Counted from the first letter of the stretch, positions 27,806 to 38,520 are shown. The stretch: DNA of 64,000 bases from Rhodothermales bacterium (GCA_013002165.1 JABDKO010000197.1:224-64223); one strand, 5' to 3'. Notes: generated by a model not told the origin, from the letters alone. Made by a program: numbers and translations.

Positions 27806-28525
27806 TTATTGGATTCGTTCGATGGGAGGATCTCCATCTACCTGCTTTACAAATCCTTCAGCTTGCGTAAGCTGGAGGCGCGCACGCTCGGCAGAAGAGC
27901 GATTGGAATATACCCCAAAATTAACGCGAAATACGGTCTTCGAATTGACTTCAATCTCCTGAACCCATGCCTCGTCAAATCGGGATGCGAGCTCGTTCGC
28001 GGAGCTGCCGTCGGAATAGGATCCCAACTGCACCGTGAAATAATCGGAATCTTTAGTCGTCACATTCTGAGTGTAGCTCGTTCGACTGACATCGATTGCG
28101 GTAACCGTCTGTGTTTCGACATCTGCTGCCGGCTCAACCTCGACGAGTCTGACCATCACGTATTCATTATCATCCACTCCAAGGATGCGTGCTGCTGCCA
28201 TCGAAACATCTATTATCCGGCCCTCGACGTACGGACCACGGTCATTGATTCGAACAACCACGTTAGCTCCAGTTGCAATGTTCTCGACCTTGACGCGGGC
28301 ACCGATCGGTAACGTCCGGTGCGCGGCCGTCATCGCGCGTTCACTGTAAATTTCGCCGCTTGCTGTTCGACGTCCATCGTGGACATCAGCATATCGATAT
28401 GCATAGCCGACCTGGAAAATCTCAGGTCGATCGCTCTCTGTCCTCGCATTCTCAACCTGACCTGCGGCGGGCCCCGGCACCAGCAAGCAAGTCAATAAGA
28501 TGAGGAGTGGCGTTACCCTTGTCAT
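27806..28525 (-). CDS. rlpA: RlpA-family septal lytic transglycosylase with C-terminal SPOR domain
   Basis: DPBB block (ASGEIYSERAMTAAHRTLPIGARVKVENIATGANVVVRINDRGPY) and a SPOR-like C-terminus (YFTVQLGSYSD...FRVNFGVYSNRSSAERA). Confidence 0.85.
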   Translation of the reverse strand: MTRVTPLLILLTCLLVPGPAAGQVENARTESDRPEIFQVGYAYRYADVHDGRRTASGEIYSERAMTAAHRTLPIGARVKVENIATGANVVVRINDRGPYVEGRIIDVSMAAARILGVDDNEYVMVRLVEVEPAADVETQTVTAIDVSRTSYTQNVTTKDSDYFTVQLGSYSDGSSANELASRFDEAWVQEIEVNSKTVFRVNFGVYSNRSSAERARLQLTQAEGFVKQVDGDPPIERIQ

Positions 28526-28625
28526 TGTCGCGGAATAATATGGTGCGTGACTATGCCATGCTTACGATGGGCAGGGGACAGATGTTCGGTTTCATCGACA
28601 CGATCCGCCGGGCACAACTGACTAC

Positions 28626-29615
28626 CTATTCGGACCCGGGAGAAAGGGTCTGAATAATAATGTCTCCGGTTCCCTTGAGGTCCGAATCAAATTCCGCGGC
28701 GTTTGCGACCGGGGCAAGGAAAACAACACCTACTCTCGCGGATGGCCGATACCGCTGGACATGATCGGGCAACCCCGAACGGCTTTCGACATGAAATGAA
28801 CCGACGTAGTGAACTACGGATGATCCGGGAACGGTGGTCATGTGGGATGCTATTGAATAAGCCATCCCTGCATCCCACACGTTTTGTGCCTCAAGCATCC
28901 GTCTCAGGCTAAACCCGCCATGAGCCGCGTAATCTTCTGTATCAGTCGAGTCATCGGCCATTTCTTCGTCTGAATCAGGCTCGGACTCTGGTTCAGGCGC
29001 AGCTGCAGTGGTGTCCGGAGTCATATGCTGCATTGCTTCGGCCATCTCCTTGTCCCACTTGGCGGAATACGCATCCGTAGGGGGTGCGACCGGCAGCGGC
29101 GGCAGGAATTTTTTGGCACTTGGTGGCAACGTATCGAGTGCCTCCGGCCCGTACCGCGTGACGCGATTCACGTAGCGCCGAGGCGAGTTGGCAGCAATCA
29201 GCGGCAAACCGTTCTCGCGAGCAAAATCGACAATCGGTTTATAGTCGGTATCGTAGTTGTCCCACGCGCGCGCGCTTTTTTTGAAATGAGATTCAACGAT
29301 CTGGTCATCCATATACTCGTCGACGATATACTGGACATCCCTTTCGAACATCTCCATCGAGACGGCGACACTAGTTCGGGACGTGTCCGCGGCAATCGTT
29401 TTTAACAACTCCAATTCAACTACATGCCCGATCGAATCGTTGTGGGTTTCACCAACCAGAATTACGTCGTACATCTGAAGACGCATGGCCACATCACTCC
29501 AGGTCAACTGGTTACCATCAGTATCAAACGGTTGATATGAAACGTCATCCTGCGCTCGCACGAGTCCGACGAACATGAACAGCAATATGAGAAGGAGAGG
29601 AATGGTTTTTTTCAT
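28626..29615 (-). CDS. ChaN-family (Tiki/heme-binding uptake) protein, secreted
   Basis: Signal peptide MKKTIPLLLILLFMFVGLVRAQ. YDVILVGETHNDSIGH is typical of ChaN. Start trimmed from 29723 to 29615, which removes the overlap with fabG. Confidence 0.6.
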   Translation of the reverse strand: MKKTIPLLLILLFMFVGLVRAQDDVSYQPFDTDGNQLTWSDVAMRLQMYDVILVGETHNDSIGHVVELELLKTIAADTSRTSVAVSMEMFERDVQYIVDEYMDDQIVESHFKKSARAWDNYDTDYKPIVDFARENGLPLIAANSPRRYVNRVTRYGPEALDTLPPSAKKFLPPLPVAPPTDAYSAKWDKEMAEAMQHMTPDTTAAAPEPESEPDSDEEMADDSTDTEDYAAHGGFSLRRMLEAQNVWDAGMAYSIASHMTTVPGSSVVHYVGSFHVESRSGLPDHVQRYRPSARVGVVFLAPVANAAEFDSDLKGTGDIIIQTLSPGSE

Positions 29616-29628
29616 GACGTAATATAAT

Positions 29629-30369
29629 TTACATGGCCAGGCCGCCATCGACGCACAGTACCTGGCCCGTGATGTAGTCGGCACCCGGTGAGGCCAGAAA
29701 CAGGACAGCAGCAGCAATGTCATCCGTTGTCGCTGTACGCTTCAATGGGATGGCACTGGTCATGGCGTCTTTTGCAGCATCATTAAGATTTGCGGTCATG
29801 TCTGTGTCCACATATCCCGGCGCGACGACATTAACGGTGACTCCACGTGACCCGAGTTCTTTAGCCAGACTTTTCGAAAAACCGATCATCCCCGCCTTTG
29901 ACGCAGCATAGTTCGTCTGGCCGGCATTCCCCATGACCCCAACAACCGACGCGATGTTTATGACCTTTCCGCCACGCTGCTTCATCATCGGACGATATGC
30001 CGCTTTGCAATAATTGAATACACTTTTGAGGTTCGTGGTTATTACGGCATCCCAGTCCTCCTCGGACATCCGGAGCATCAGATTGTCGCGGGTAATTCCA
30101 GCGTTGTTAACCAGGATATCGACGGATCCCCAGTCATCAATCATCGACTGTACAACCTTGTTCGCCGTGGCAGAGTCCGCCGCGTCTCCCATATGGTAGG
30201 CTATTTTTGAGTCGCCTAACCCGAGTTCTTCAGCAATCTGTTTTGCAGACTCCTCCGAGGATCTGAACGTGAAAGCCACATTCGCCCCGGCTTTGCTGAA
30301 TGCTTCAACAATGGCTTTGCCGATTCCTCTGGTGCCACCAGTTACGAGTACATTCTTGTCTTTAAACAT
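29629..30369 (-). CDS. fabG: 3-oxoacyl-[ACP] reductase FabG
   Basis: 246 aa SDR. TGGTRGIGKA, NNAG and YAASKAG motifs, in fab operon context. Confidence 0.93.
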   Translation of the reverse strand: MFKDKNVLVTGGTRGIGKAIVEAFSKAGANVAFTFRSSEESAKQIAEELGLGDSKIAYHMGDAADSATANKVVQSMIDDWGSVDILVNNAGITRDNLMLRMSEEDWDAVITTNLKSVFNYCKAAYRPMMKQRGGKVINIASVVGVMGNAGQTNYAASKAGMIGFSKSLAKELGSRGVTVNVVAPGYVDTDMTANLNDAAKDAMTSAIPLKRTATTDDIAAAVLFLASPGADYITGQVLCVDGGLAM

Positions 30370-30389
30370 GACCGATCCTGAGGTTGAAA

Positions 30390-31334
30390 TTAAGTTGTAC
30401 TCTCCGACTGAAAGTCAGCGCTCGTCCCGGCCTGCGCGACTTCTACGTCTCGACCGAGTGTGCGTCGAACAAGGCCAGAAAGCACGCGGCCCGCTCCAAC
30501 TTCAGTGAATGATGCGAGTCCATCTGACTTGATCGCTTCGAGAGATTGTGACCACTTGACCGGCGAAAGCAGCTGCTGCAGTAGCAGCTCGCGGATTCGA
30601 GACGGCTCCGTCTCGGGGCGTGCGGTCACATTCATATAGACCGGACAATCGGGTGTCTTTATGTCAAGATTGTCGAGCATGTCGCCCAGACCTTCCCGCG
30701 CCGATTCCATGAGAGGTGAGTGGAAGGCACCTCCTACCACGAGTTGAATTACTTTCTTTGCTCCTTTCTCTGTAGCCAGTTCGATAGCTCGTTCGACAGC
30801 CGCAACATCACCGGATATGACGACCTGCCCGGGTGAATTGTAGTTAGCAGCCTTCACGACAAGGTCGTCAGTCGATGCGGCATCACAAACTGCATCTACC
30901 GAATCATTGTCGAGCCCGAGGACTGCCGCCATGGTGCCCGGTCGGCCCGAATCCGCCGTCGCCATTAGATGCCCGCGCGTGCGGACGGCTCTCAACCCGT
31001 CGTCAAAACTGATAGCACCGGCTGCAGCGAGTGCAGAATACTCGCCTAGCGAATGACCAGCAGTTGCCGAGGGTACTGCACCGGCTTTCTTGAGTATTGC
31101 CCACGCTGCCATGCTGTGAACGTACAGGGCTGGCTGGGTAATATCTGTTGAAGCAAGCGCTTTGGCAGATTCCTCTTCCGACATACCGTCCGCAAACATG
31201 ATTTCACTGATTGCAAAACCGAGAACGTCGTCAGCCCGGGAAATGACTTCTCTTGCTTCTTTGAATTCGGCGAAGAGGTCGCGCGCCATGCCTACAAACT
31301 GCGAACCTTGTCCTGGGAATAGGTATGCTTTCAT
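30390..31334 (-). CDS. fabD: Malonyl-CoA:ACP transacylase FabD
   Basis: FPGQGSQ and the active-site GHSLGEYSA. Confidence 0.93.
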   Translation of the reverse strand: MKAYLFPGQGSQFVGMARDLFAEFKEAREVISRADDVLGFAISEIMFADGMSEEESAKALASTDITQPALYVHSMAAWAILKKAGAVPSATAGHSLGEYSALAAAGAISFDDGLRAVRTRGHLMATADSGRPGTMAAVLGLDNDSVDAVCDAASTDDLVVKAANYNSPGQVVISGDVAAVERAIELATEKGAKKVIQLVVGGAFHSPLMESAREGLGDMLDNLDIKTPDCPVYMNVTARPETEPSRIRELLLQQLLSPVKWSQSLEAIKSDGLASFTEVGAGRVLSGLVRRTLGRDVEVAQAGTSADFQSESTT

Positions 31335-31343
31335 TGCTCGGGA

Positions 31344-32387
31344 TCAAGAGTGGGCCATTTCGGACCGCAGATGTTCTGGTATTTCGTACTGCGAACCATC
31401 GTAAGCCCACTTCACGTAAGTGGCTCCCCATGTGAATCCGCCGCCGAATGCTGCAAGGATCAGATTGTCGCCAGTACGAAGCTTGTGCTCCCAATCGGAA
31501 AGACACAACGGAATGGTAGCTGCAGTCGTATTTCCGTACCGGGAAATATTGAGCATCACTTTGTCGGTATCAATTTCCATCCGATTGGCTGTTGCGTCAA
31601 TAATGCGCAGGTTAGCCTGGTGCGGAACGAGGTAGGCGACATCGTCTCCCGTCAGGCCGTTTCGCTCCATTACACTCGCGGCCGCGTCCGCCATTCCTTT
31701 AACAGCGTACTTGAATACCGATCGTCCTTCCTGATAAACGTAGTGCTGCCGGGCATCAACGGTCTCATGCGAGGCCGGGCGGCGGCTGCCGCCAGCAAGC
31801 ATGCACAACAAGTCCGGCTTGGTGCCGTCCATCTGCAGAAGGCTGTCAACGATGCCGACACCGGAGTCGTCGGGTTCCAGCAGAACTGCACCGGCACCGT
31901 CTCCAAAGAGGATGCAGGTTGTTCGGTCCGTGTAATCAATGATCGCACTCATTTTATCCGCACCGATAACAAGTACTTTCTTGTACGTGCCCGACGTAAT
32001 GAACTGCGCTCCGGTGGACAGTGCATACAGGAATCCACTGCATGCGGCTGAAAGATCGAATCCCCAGGCGTTGGTCGCGCCGAGTTCCGCCTGAACGAGA
32101 CATGCGGTAGCGGGGAACACCATATCCGGTGTGACTGTCCCGACTATAATCAGGTCGATTTCGTCCGGAGAGATATTTTTTTTCTCGAGGAGGTTTCGAG
32201 CGGCACGAGTGGCCATATACGACGTCGCCTTCTCGGGGTCGCGAAGAATTCTCCGCTCATGGATTCCCGTTCGGGAGATTATCCACTCGTTCGAGGTATC
32301 GACCAGCGTTTCAAGCTCAGCATTCGTCATCCTGTCTTCCGGCAGGTAATACCCAACGCCGGTGATGGCAGCACGTCTCATGTACAA
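31344..32387 (-). CDS. fabH: 3-oxoacyl-[ACP] synthase III FabH
   Basis: DLSAACSGF (active Cys), HQANLRI and GNTTAATIP. The start could be 6 nt further in. Confidence 0.93.
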   Translation of the reverse strand: MYMRRAAITGVGYYLPEDRMTNAELETLVDTSNEWIISRTGIHERRILRDPEKATSYMATRAARNLLEKKNISPDEIDLIIVGTVTPDMVFPATACLVQAELGATNAWGFDLSAACSGFLYALSTGAQFITSGTYKKVLVIGADKMSAIIDYTDRTTCILFGDGAGAVLLEPDDSGVGIVDSLLQMDGTKPDLLCMLAGGSRRPASHETVDARQHYVYQEGRSVFKYAVKGMADAAASVMERNGLTGDDVAYLVPHQANLRIIDATANRMEIDTDKVMLNISRYGNTTAATIPLCLSDWEHKLRTGDNLILAAFGGGFTWGATYVKWAYDGSQYEIPEHLRSEMAHS

Positions 32388-32410
32388 TTGTGTTTTTGAA
32401 TGAATGAGGC

Positions 32411-33415
32411 TCAGGCGGCGAGCGCAGACTCAATCGCAGCGGGAAGATTACGCGTTGCGACATGCGCAGTCGAAGTAATCATGGTGGCAACGGCTTTAGC
32501 CGTGGATCCTCCGTGGCCAATCACGACGGTGCCGTTCACGCCAAGAAGCGGAGCGCCGCCGAACTCTTCATAGTCAAAGGACTTTTTGACGCCATGCAAC
32601 ACCTGGCCGACGAGTTGCATTTTGTCAGCGGAGAGCTCCTGGCGACGCATCTCACGTTCGATCATCTGAGGAATAAACGTGGCGATACTCTCGCCAAGCT
32701 TCAATACAATGTTACCGACAAAGCCGTCACTCACGACAACGTCAGAACCATGCATGAAGATGTCGCGGCCCTCGATATTTCCGGCAAAGTTCAGCAGGGG
32801 TTGCTGACCCATCAACGTGTGAGCTTCCTTGGCCTGTTCGTTGCCCTTGCCCGGCTCTTCGCCGACATTCAGTAGACCAACAGTAGGATTCTCCTTGCCC
32901 AGTACGAGGCTGGCGTACAACGAGCCCATTACACCGAATTGCACAAGGTGCTCGGGTTTGCAGTCGACGTTGGTTCCTATGTCCACAGCAACACAACCAC
33001 CTTTTACCGTCGGATAGAGTCCCGCTACGGTAGGTCTGGAGACACCTGGAGTCCGCCCGAGGATAAACATCGACGCAGCCATAATGGCGCCCGTGTTGCC
33101 GGCAGATGCAAACGCATCGGCATGTCCGGCCTTGACAAGGCCCAGGCCAACGTGAATGGAAGAATCTTGCTTGGAACGCACCGCCGATGACGGCGATTCA
33201 GACATACCGATAACCTCAGAGGCGTTTACGATCTGTAGGCGATCGTTATCGAGATGATCCGACAGAAGATCCTTCAGCTGGGCTTCGGGACCTGTAAGCG
33301 CGAACCGAAGTGAAGGGTCTCCCGAGTTAAGCAACATCGCGACCCCCTCGGCAACAACCTCTGGTGCGTGGTCGCCTCCCATGGCGTCAACGGCGATAGT
33401 CTGAGTCTCGGACAT
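32411..33415 (-). CDS. plsX: Phosphate acyltransferase PlsX
   Basis: [13 protein letters not shown]-terminus. 334 aa, positioned between rpmF and fabH. Confidence 0.93.
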   Translation of the reverse strand: MSETQTIAVDAMGGDHAPEVVAEGVAMLLNSGDPSLRFALTGPEAQLKDLLSDHLDNDRLQIVNASEVIGMSESPSSAVRSKQDSSIHVGLGLVKAGHADAFASAGNTGAIMAASMFILGRTPGVSRPTVAGLYPTVKGGCVAVDIGTNVDCKPEHLVQFGVMGSLYASLVLGKENPTVGLLNVGEEPGKGNEQAKEAHTLMGQQPLLNFAGNIEGRDIFMHGSDVVVSDGFVGNIVLKLGESIATFIPQMIEREMRRQELSADKMQLVGQVLHGVKKSFDYEEFGGAPLLGVNGTVVIGHGGSTAKAVATMITSTAHVATRNLPAAIESALAA

Positions 33416-33445
33416 GCCTTCGGGGTTAGTTAAAATGTTGAGAGC

Positions 33446-33640
33446 TTACTCGGCGCCAGCGTTGTCTGTTACAACTTCGCGTCCACGATAGTAGTTGCAA
33501 TTCGGACACGCCCTGTGGCGAAGCTTCGTCTCACCACAGTTAGGGCACTCCATCGTAGTCGGTTTCTCAAGACTGTTATAGTAGTTAGCACGGCGACTAC
33601 GAGTGCGCGCTTTCGAATGTCTTCTTTTTGGATTAGCCAT
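33446..33640 (-). CDS. rpmF: 50S ribosomal protein L32
   Basis: MANPKRRHSKARTRSRR... with a CPNCG...CPNC zinc ribbon. Confidence 0.93.
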   Translation of the reverse strand: MANPKRRHSKARTRSRRANYYNSLEKPTTMECPNCGETKLRHRACPNCNYYRGREVVTDNAGAE

Positions 33641-33652
33641 TGTACATCGTAC

Positions 33653-34174
33653 CTAGTACGGTCGATCGGTTTCCCGATCTTTCATTCCTTGTTCCTTTAT
33701 TTTCTTCAGACCTTCCCATCGCGGGTCGATTCTGTCGTCTGCATCATCGTCAGTAAATACAGTTGTGATCGGTGAATCTTCCTCCCCGGGCGCAACCGCC
33801 CGCGATGGAATCGCAAGCAGCAGCGTGTCTCTAACAACAGAGGACACGTCCATCGACTGGTCAGCAGCAGATATCTCAACGACATCGTCATAGCGATCCG
33901 TCGTTTCCGTAACCACCGAAGCCCCCATTACAGTAGAGTCGCCCCGCAAAGTTGAATCAAACTCTTTGAGTGAGCGATCGCATACCAGGCGGACTGTAGC
34001 CTGGGAATCAATGGTTGCAATTACATCAGTGCCAGTTAAAAAAACACGTACCGACACCTGAATGTTAGAAAACCTGTCATCAAGCTCAAGGGCGTCCGGA
34101 TCAGGAGAGAATTCAAAGTGATGCTCTCCATTCTCGAGCGATCCGAGATTAACAATGACACCGCCACTTCCCAT
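33653..34174 (-). CDS. yceD: YceD/DUF177 family protein
   Basis: Conserved position upstream of rpmF, acidic DUF177-like sequence. Start ambiguous: Met at 34174 preferred, the ORF extends to 34258. Confidence 0.7.
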   Translation of the reverse strand: MGSGGVIVNLGSLENGEHHFEFSPDPDALELDDRFSNIQVSVRVFLTGTDVIATIDSQATVRLVCDRSLKEFDSTLRGDSTVMGASVVTETTDRYDDVVEISAADQSMDVSSVVRDTLLLAIPSRAVAPGEEDSPITTVFTDDDADDRIDPRWEGLKKIKEQGMKDRETDRPY

Positions 34175-34258
34175 TTCATTCACAACAGTATGAACAGAAC
34201 ATTTTTCAGAACGGCTAAGATACTGAACTATTCCATGGCTGTTCAAGCAAAGATTCAT

Positions 34259-34789
34259 TCAATATGGGCCAATAATCACCGGCCAGATGATAAAATCACT
34301 ATTGATGTTCACGCTCTGAATGTTTAGACTAGTCATCCACTTTAGAAAAGGTGAAGGTCTCACGCCGAGTGGGCCCGGGATACCTTGCATGTGTTACGCT
34401 TCTTTGGGACTCCACGGAAGCGTTTTTTCTCGACAAGAAGTGTGTTTTCGGGATAATATTACCGGAATTTCTGAAACCCGACGAGCTTCTCGTTCTTGTT
34501 GATAACTTGTTGAAACGGTTCATGGCTGGTTTTTTTTCGGTTTTCACCCGGCCCGACTATTAATTTAAGCTCCGTCACACGGCAAATTGACATGTAGCTT
34601 TATCATTAAATTTCATGTGTTTATGGCTTATTTACGCTGAATTGCAAACTGCCGTCTTTTCGTGACACGAAAAACAGGCGGCGGTGCATTCGGTCGGATC
34701 CGCCAACAATCCATGTTGATAACTAGTTAATTGACCTGTTGAACGCGAAGAGCATCTGCAGGGCAACGCGCACAGAATTAGAGTAACGT
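34259..34789. other. Candidate oriC / dnaA upstream region
   Basis: 530-nt non-coding gap immediately 5' of dnaA. Two identical DnaA-box-like 9-mers TGTTGATAA (34497-34505, 34714-34722), each one mismatch from TGTGGATAA, plus weaker boxes at 34333 and 34448. AT-rich stretch around 34558-34640. Gene orientation flips here. Confidence 0.4.
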
Positions 34790-36307
34790 ATGTCCAGGAC
34801 TGCCGAAGAGGTTTGGGGGAAGTGCCTCGATGTCATTCGTGACAACGTCGGTCCTCAGAGCTTTGAAACCTGGTTCTCTGTTATCCGCCCGGTTAGCCTG
34901 GTGGAAGAACAGGGGATTGTCAAGCTGACGATACAGTTGCCCAGCCGCTTCTACTACGAGTGGCTCGAGGAGCACTATTTCACGCTTCTTCGAAAGACCG
35001 TAACGCGAGTTCTCGGCTCCGGCGGCAGACTGATGTACGACATCGTAGTAGAGAAAGGTAATGCCGAGACCGGGTCCAAAGGCGCACATGTCACGCTACC
35101 AGCCCATCATTCCGGCGGGTCGGACGATGAGGTCGAGCAAATCGACAACTCGTTGGAAGATGCGCCTGATGAACTGTTTGACCCCTCATTGCTCACCGGC
35201 GGCCCGCGCTATCTGAATCAACCGGTGCGGGATTCCACACTGTCGCTTCCGGGTATTCGGCGCAACCATCCAATCAACAGCCAGCTCAATCCAAACTATA
35301 CCTTCGAGCGATTCATCGAGGGCGACTGCAATCGCCTCGCCCGAAGCGCAGCATTGGCAATCGCCAAGCAACCCGGCAGAACCAGTTTTAATCCCTTCCT
35401 GATTTACGGAGGCGTCGGCCTTGGAAAGACACACCTGATTCAGGCGATTGGCAACTACGCACGCGCCCACAACAACGTTCAGTCAATCCTGTATGTGTCG
35501 AGTGAGCGGTTCACAACGGAATTCGTTCAGGCCATCCAGTATAACCGCGTCAGTGAGTTTTCGCTGTTCTATCGTCAGATCGACCTGCTTGTCATTGACG
35601 ATGCACAGTTTTTTGGCGGAAAAGAGAAGACCCAGGAAGAGTTTTTCCACATCTTTAATGCATTGCATCAGTCCGGGAAGCAGATTGTCCTTTCGGCCGA
35701 CAGGTCGCCCCGGGATATCGAGGGAATTGAAGAACGGCTCCTGTCGCGGTTCCAGTGGGGCCTGTCAGCAGATATGCAACCGCCGGATCTTGAAACGCGG
35801 ATTGCCATTCTTCAACGCAAAGCGTCTGACGATGGAATAGCTATTGACCAGGATGTCATTGAATTTGTCGGACACAACATCAAGAGCAATATCCGGGAAC
35901 TGGAGGGAGCGCTCATCCGCCTGCTAGCCTTCTCGACGCTCAACAAGCGAGACCTCAACGTCGACCTTGCCCGAGAAGTGCTTCGCGACTTGATCAAGGA
36001 GACGCGCATCACAATGTCCATCGATGAGATTCAGGTTGCAGTATGTGATTATTTCAATCTGACTGTTGATCTGGTCTGCGCGAAGACAAGAAAACGTGAG
36101 GTCGTTCAGGCGAGGCAGATTGCAATGTTCTTCTGCAAGGAACTGACCCAGAACTCGCTCAAAACGATCGGCCTTCATTTTGGTGGTCGCGATCACTCGA
36201 CTGTTATTCACGCAAACCAGAGCGTAATGAACCAGATCGAGACAGATCCAAAGTACCGCCAGATGATTGACGAGGTTCGTGACAAGATTGATGTCCGGAG
36301 CCGGTAG
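34790..36307 (+). CDS. dnaA: Chromosomal replication initiator DnaA
   Basis: 505 aa. AAA+ Walker A GGVGLGKTHL, a box VII region, and a C-terminal DNA-binding domain (GGRDHSTVIHA). Confidence 0.97.
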   Translation: MSRTAEEVWGKCLDVIRDNVGPQSFETWFSVIRPVSLVEEQGIVKLTIQLPSRFYYEWLEEHYFTLLRKTVTRVLGSGGRLMYDIVVEKGNAETGSKGAHVTLPAHHSGGSDDEVEQIDNSLEDAPDELFDPSLLTGGPRYLNQPVRDSTLSLPGIRRNHPINSQLNPNYTFERFIEGDCNRLARSAALAIAKQPGRTSFNPFLIYGGVGLGKTHLIQAIGNYARAHNNVQSILYVSSERFTTEFVQAIQYNRVSEFSLFYRQIDLLVIDDAQFFGGKEKTQEEFFHIFNALHQSGKQIVLSADRSPRDIEGIEERLLSRFQWGLSADMQPPDLETRIAILQRKASDDGIAIDQDVIEFVGHNIKSNIRELEGALIRLLAFSTLNKRDLNVDLAREVLRDLIKETRITMSIDEIQVAVCDYFNLTVDLVCAKTRKREVVQARQIAMFFCKELTQNSLKTIGLHFGGRDHSTVIHANQSVMNQIETDPKYRQMIDEVRDKIDVRSR

Positions 36308-36400
36308 GGCCCGGCCCCAAAAGTATTTTAACGGATCCAGCCAGATCCAAAGTACCGCCAGATGATTTGGCGAAATTCGTGACAAGACTGCCTCCGGGCC
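36243..36400 (+). repeat. Imperfect direct duplication of the dnaA 3' end (copy A 36243-36302 inside dnaA, copy B 36342-36400 after the stop)
   Basis: The first 26 nt are identical (CAGATCCAAAGTACCGCCAGATGATT), and a second identical block TTCGTGACAAGA follows. The offset is exactly 99 nt. Copy B read in the dnaA frame gives PDPKYRQMIWRNS*. Confidence 0.8.
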
Positions 36401-36491
36401 TGTCAGGGACAGGGGTTGGGCACAGGTTGATGGATCCCTCATTATTGAGTATCGTTACTGTATCTATTGTCCCTTCTTTCCAAAGACGTAC

Positions 36492-37622
36492 ATGAAGTTT
36501 ACAGCCTCTACAGCCGACCTCCTGAAGGCCCTGACGACTGTCAGTGGAGCGGTACCATCAAAAAGCACGCTCCCGATTCTGGAGTGCGTTCTGCTCGAGC
36601 AGTCAGGCGAGTCCCTGCGAATCAGTGCAACAGACCTCGAGATCTCCATTGTCAAGGATCTGCCCGTGCAGTTTGAAAGCAACGGGACCTCAAAGGACAC
36701 ACGTGTAGCTGTTCCGGCAAAGCGATTCTTAGACACTCTTCGAGCTCTGCCTGAGATCCCCATCGAATTTTCGTCCGACGCGGAGTTCGCGGTGACTCTT
36801 AAAACAGATCAGGGCGTTTATAAGATGGTCGGCCATGATGGCGCAGACTATCCGTCGATACCAGAACTTGAAGACGGTATCACGATCGTAACTCCCGGGG
36901 CCGTGCTGCGTCGGGCAATTCAGAAGACGAGTTTTGCCGTGAGCAAAGATGCGCTTCGTCCTGCGATGATGGGAATCTATTTCCAGATTCAGGAGAGCAG
37001 GGGACGCGCGGTCGCCACGGACGGGCACCGGTTGGTCAAATTGACGATGACCGAGATGACCAGCAAGGAGAACATCGACTTCATCGTCCCGGAAAAGGCA
37101 ATGAATCTCGCCGGCAAGATCGTCACCAACGAGGACTGCACGATTACCATTGAGACAGGCTACATCGGAATGGACTTTGGCGGGGCAAGAGTGCTCGCCC
37201 GCAAGATTGACGAGGCATATCCGAACTACGAAGCAGTCATTCCGATCGAGAATGATCGGAAACTGACGGTGAATCGGCTTTCGATGCTAGCTGCGGTCAA
37301 GCGTGTCGGCCTGTATTCATCGAGCATGACCAACCAGGTTCGACTTTCGCTGCAGCCTGACCAGGTGGAGATTCATGCCGAGGACCTTGAGCGTTCAAGC
37401 GAAGCACACGAAACGGTGCTGGCCGAGTACGAGGGTGAGGAGATGGTAATCGGCTTCAACTCCGTATACCTCACCGAAGTCCTGAGCAACATCGACACGG
37501 ATGACGTCGTGTTTGAATTCAGCTCACCGAACAGAGCGGGCGTTGTTACTCCGGCGACGCAGGACAAGGGCGAGCAGATCTTGATGCTCATCATGCCGGT
37601 GATGCTGAATACCTACGCGTAG
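36492..37622 (+). CDS. dnaN: DNA polymerase III beta sliding clamp
   Basis: 376 aa. MKFTASTADLLKAL start, three-domain clamp sequence ending MPVML. Confidence 0.95.
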   Translation: MKFTASTADLLKALTTVSGAVPSKSTLPILECVLLEQSGESLRISATDLEISIVKDLPVQFESNGTSKDTRVAVPAKRFLDTLRALPEIPIEFSSDAEFAVTLKTDQGVYKMVGHDGADYPSIPELEDGITIVTPGAVLRRAIQKTSFAVSKDALRPAMMGIYFQIQESRGRAVATDGHRLVKLTMTEMTSKENIDFIVPEKAMNLAGKIVTNEDCTITIETGYIGMDFGGARVLARKIDEAYPNYEAVIPIENDRKLTVNRLSMLAAVKRVGLYSSSMTNQVRLSLQPDQVEIHAEDLERSSEAHETVLAEYEGEEMVIGFNSVYLTEVLSNIDTDDVVFEFSSPNRAGVVTPATQDKGEQILMLIMPVMLNTYA

Positions 37623-37672
37623 ACAGCCCTGCTTGTCATAGCTTCTTGTCACGGGTAGTTTTTTGCGGCAAT

Positions 37673-38473
37673 TCAAGCTGTTTCAGCAGCTCGATCAGCA
37701 GGAAGTGATTGGCGGCGCTGTAGCAATATTCGCCGTATCAGTAGTCCAAGCCCGAGAAACAGAGCCACAACGGCGAGGACAAGCGAAGACACCTCTATAA
37801 CTGGGCGATTTCCGTTTGCGATTGCAACTCCAAGCGCAGCCCAGGCAATAACGATTACATACTCTACGCTTGAATATTTCCTGGCAAAATAAAGCATAGC
37901 TGCTCCTGCAACCGCAAGTTTCAGGATCGTCCATGCCTCCTGGCTGATCAGAAAATCGTTCGCCTGATATGCCGATTGCAGGATGCTGATATTCGCAATC
38001 GTCGCAACGCTTATCCAGCCCAGATAAACACCGAATGGCAGGATGAGAAATACAAAGTCCCATCCGCTCCGCATGCTGCTGTCCGCCTTCAGAATTGAGT
38101 AGATTCTAACAAGGGTTGCGAGGATCACAACCATAAACACCATAGAAAGCAGCAACTGTTCAAAGTGCCACGCGAGTAGCCAGAATGCATTGGCGGCACA
38201 ATTTACCTTGAAGAGAGCGCTGATCGCTGATAGTGATGCTCTGTCGGCCTCGGCGCCAAGAGACTGGCGAACTACAAATCCCAGTAGAAGTAGATAAATC
38301 ACACCCCAGATTGCGAACGTGTACCCTGCGGGGGTGAACATTGAGAAGTATGCCCCCGACACTTCTCCGGTAGTTCGTCCTCCCAATGGAATACTGTTGG
38401 CCAGGTAGTTGAAAAGAATCACAACACAAAATGCCGCAATATTGCCATACCTGTCGGTTTTACTCCTGGTCAT
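37673..38473 (-). CDS. Multi-TM membrane protein, TspO/MBR-related (tentative)
   Basis: About 8 TM segments. FTPAGYTFAIWGVIYLLL resembles Trp-rich sensory protein-like families. Assignment is weak. Confidence 0.4.
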   Translation of the reverse strand: MTRSKTDRYGNIAAFCVVILFNYLANSIPLGGRTTGEVSGAYFSMFTPAGYTFAIWGVIYLLLLGFVVRQSLGAEADRASLSAISALFKVNCAANAFWLLAWHFEQLLLSMVFMVVILATLVRIYSILKADSSMRSGWDFVFLILPFGVYLGWISVATIANISILQSAYQANDFLISQEAWTILKLAVAGAAMLYFARKYSSVEYVIVIAWAALGVAIANGNRPVIEVSSLVLAVVALFLGLGLLIRRILLQRRQSLPADRAAETA

Positions 38474-38520
38474 CAGGCGCCCCCTCATTCACACAAACTG
38501 ATTTCGAATCTAGTTCGAAT

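Noticed and set aside
31350-32051. 233-aa plus-strand ORF
   Set aside because: It is antisense to fabH. This is a typical shadow ORF of a GC-balanced gene.
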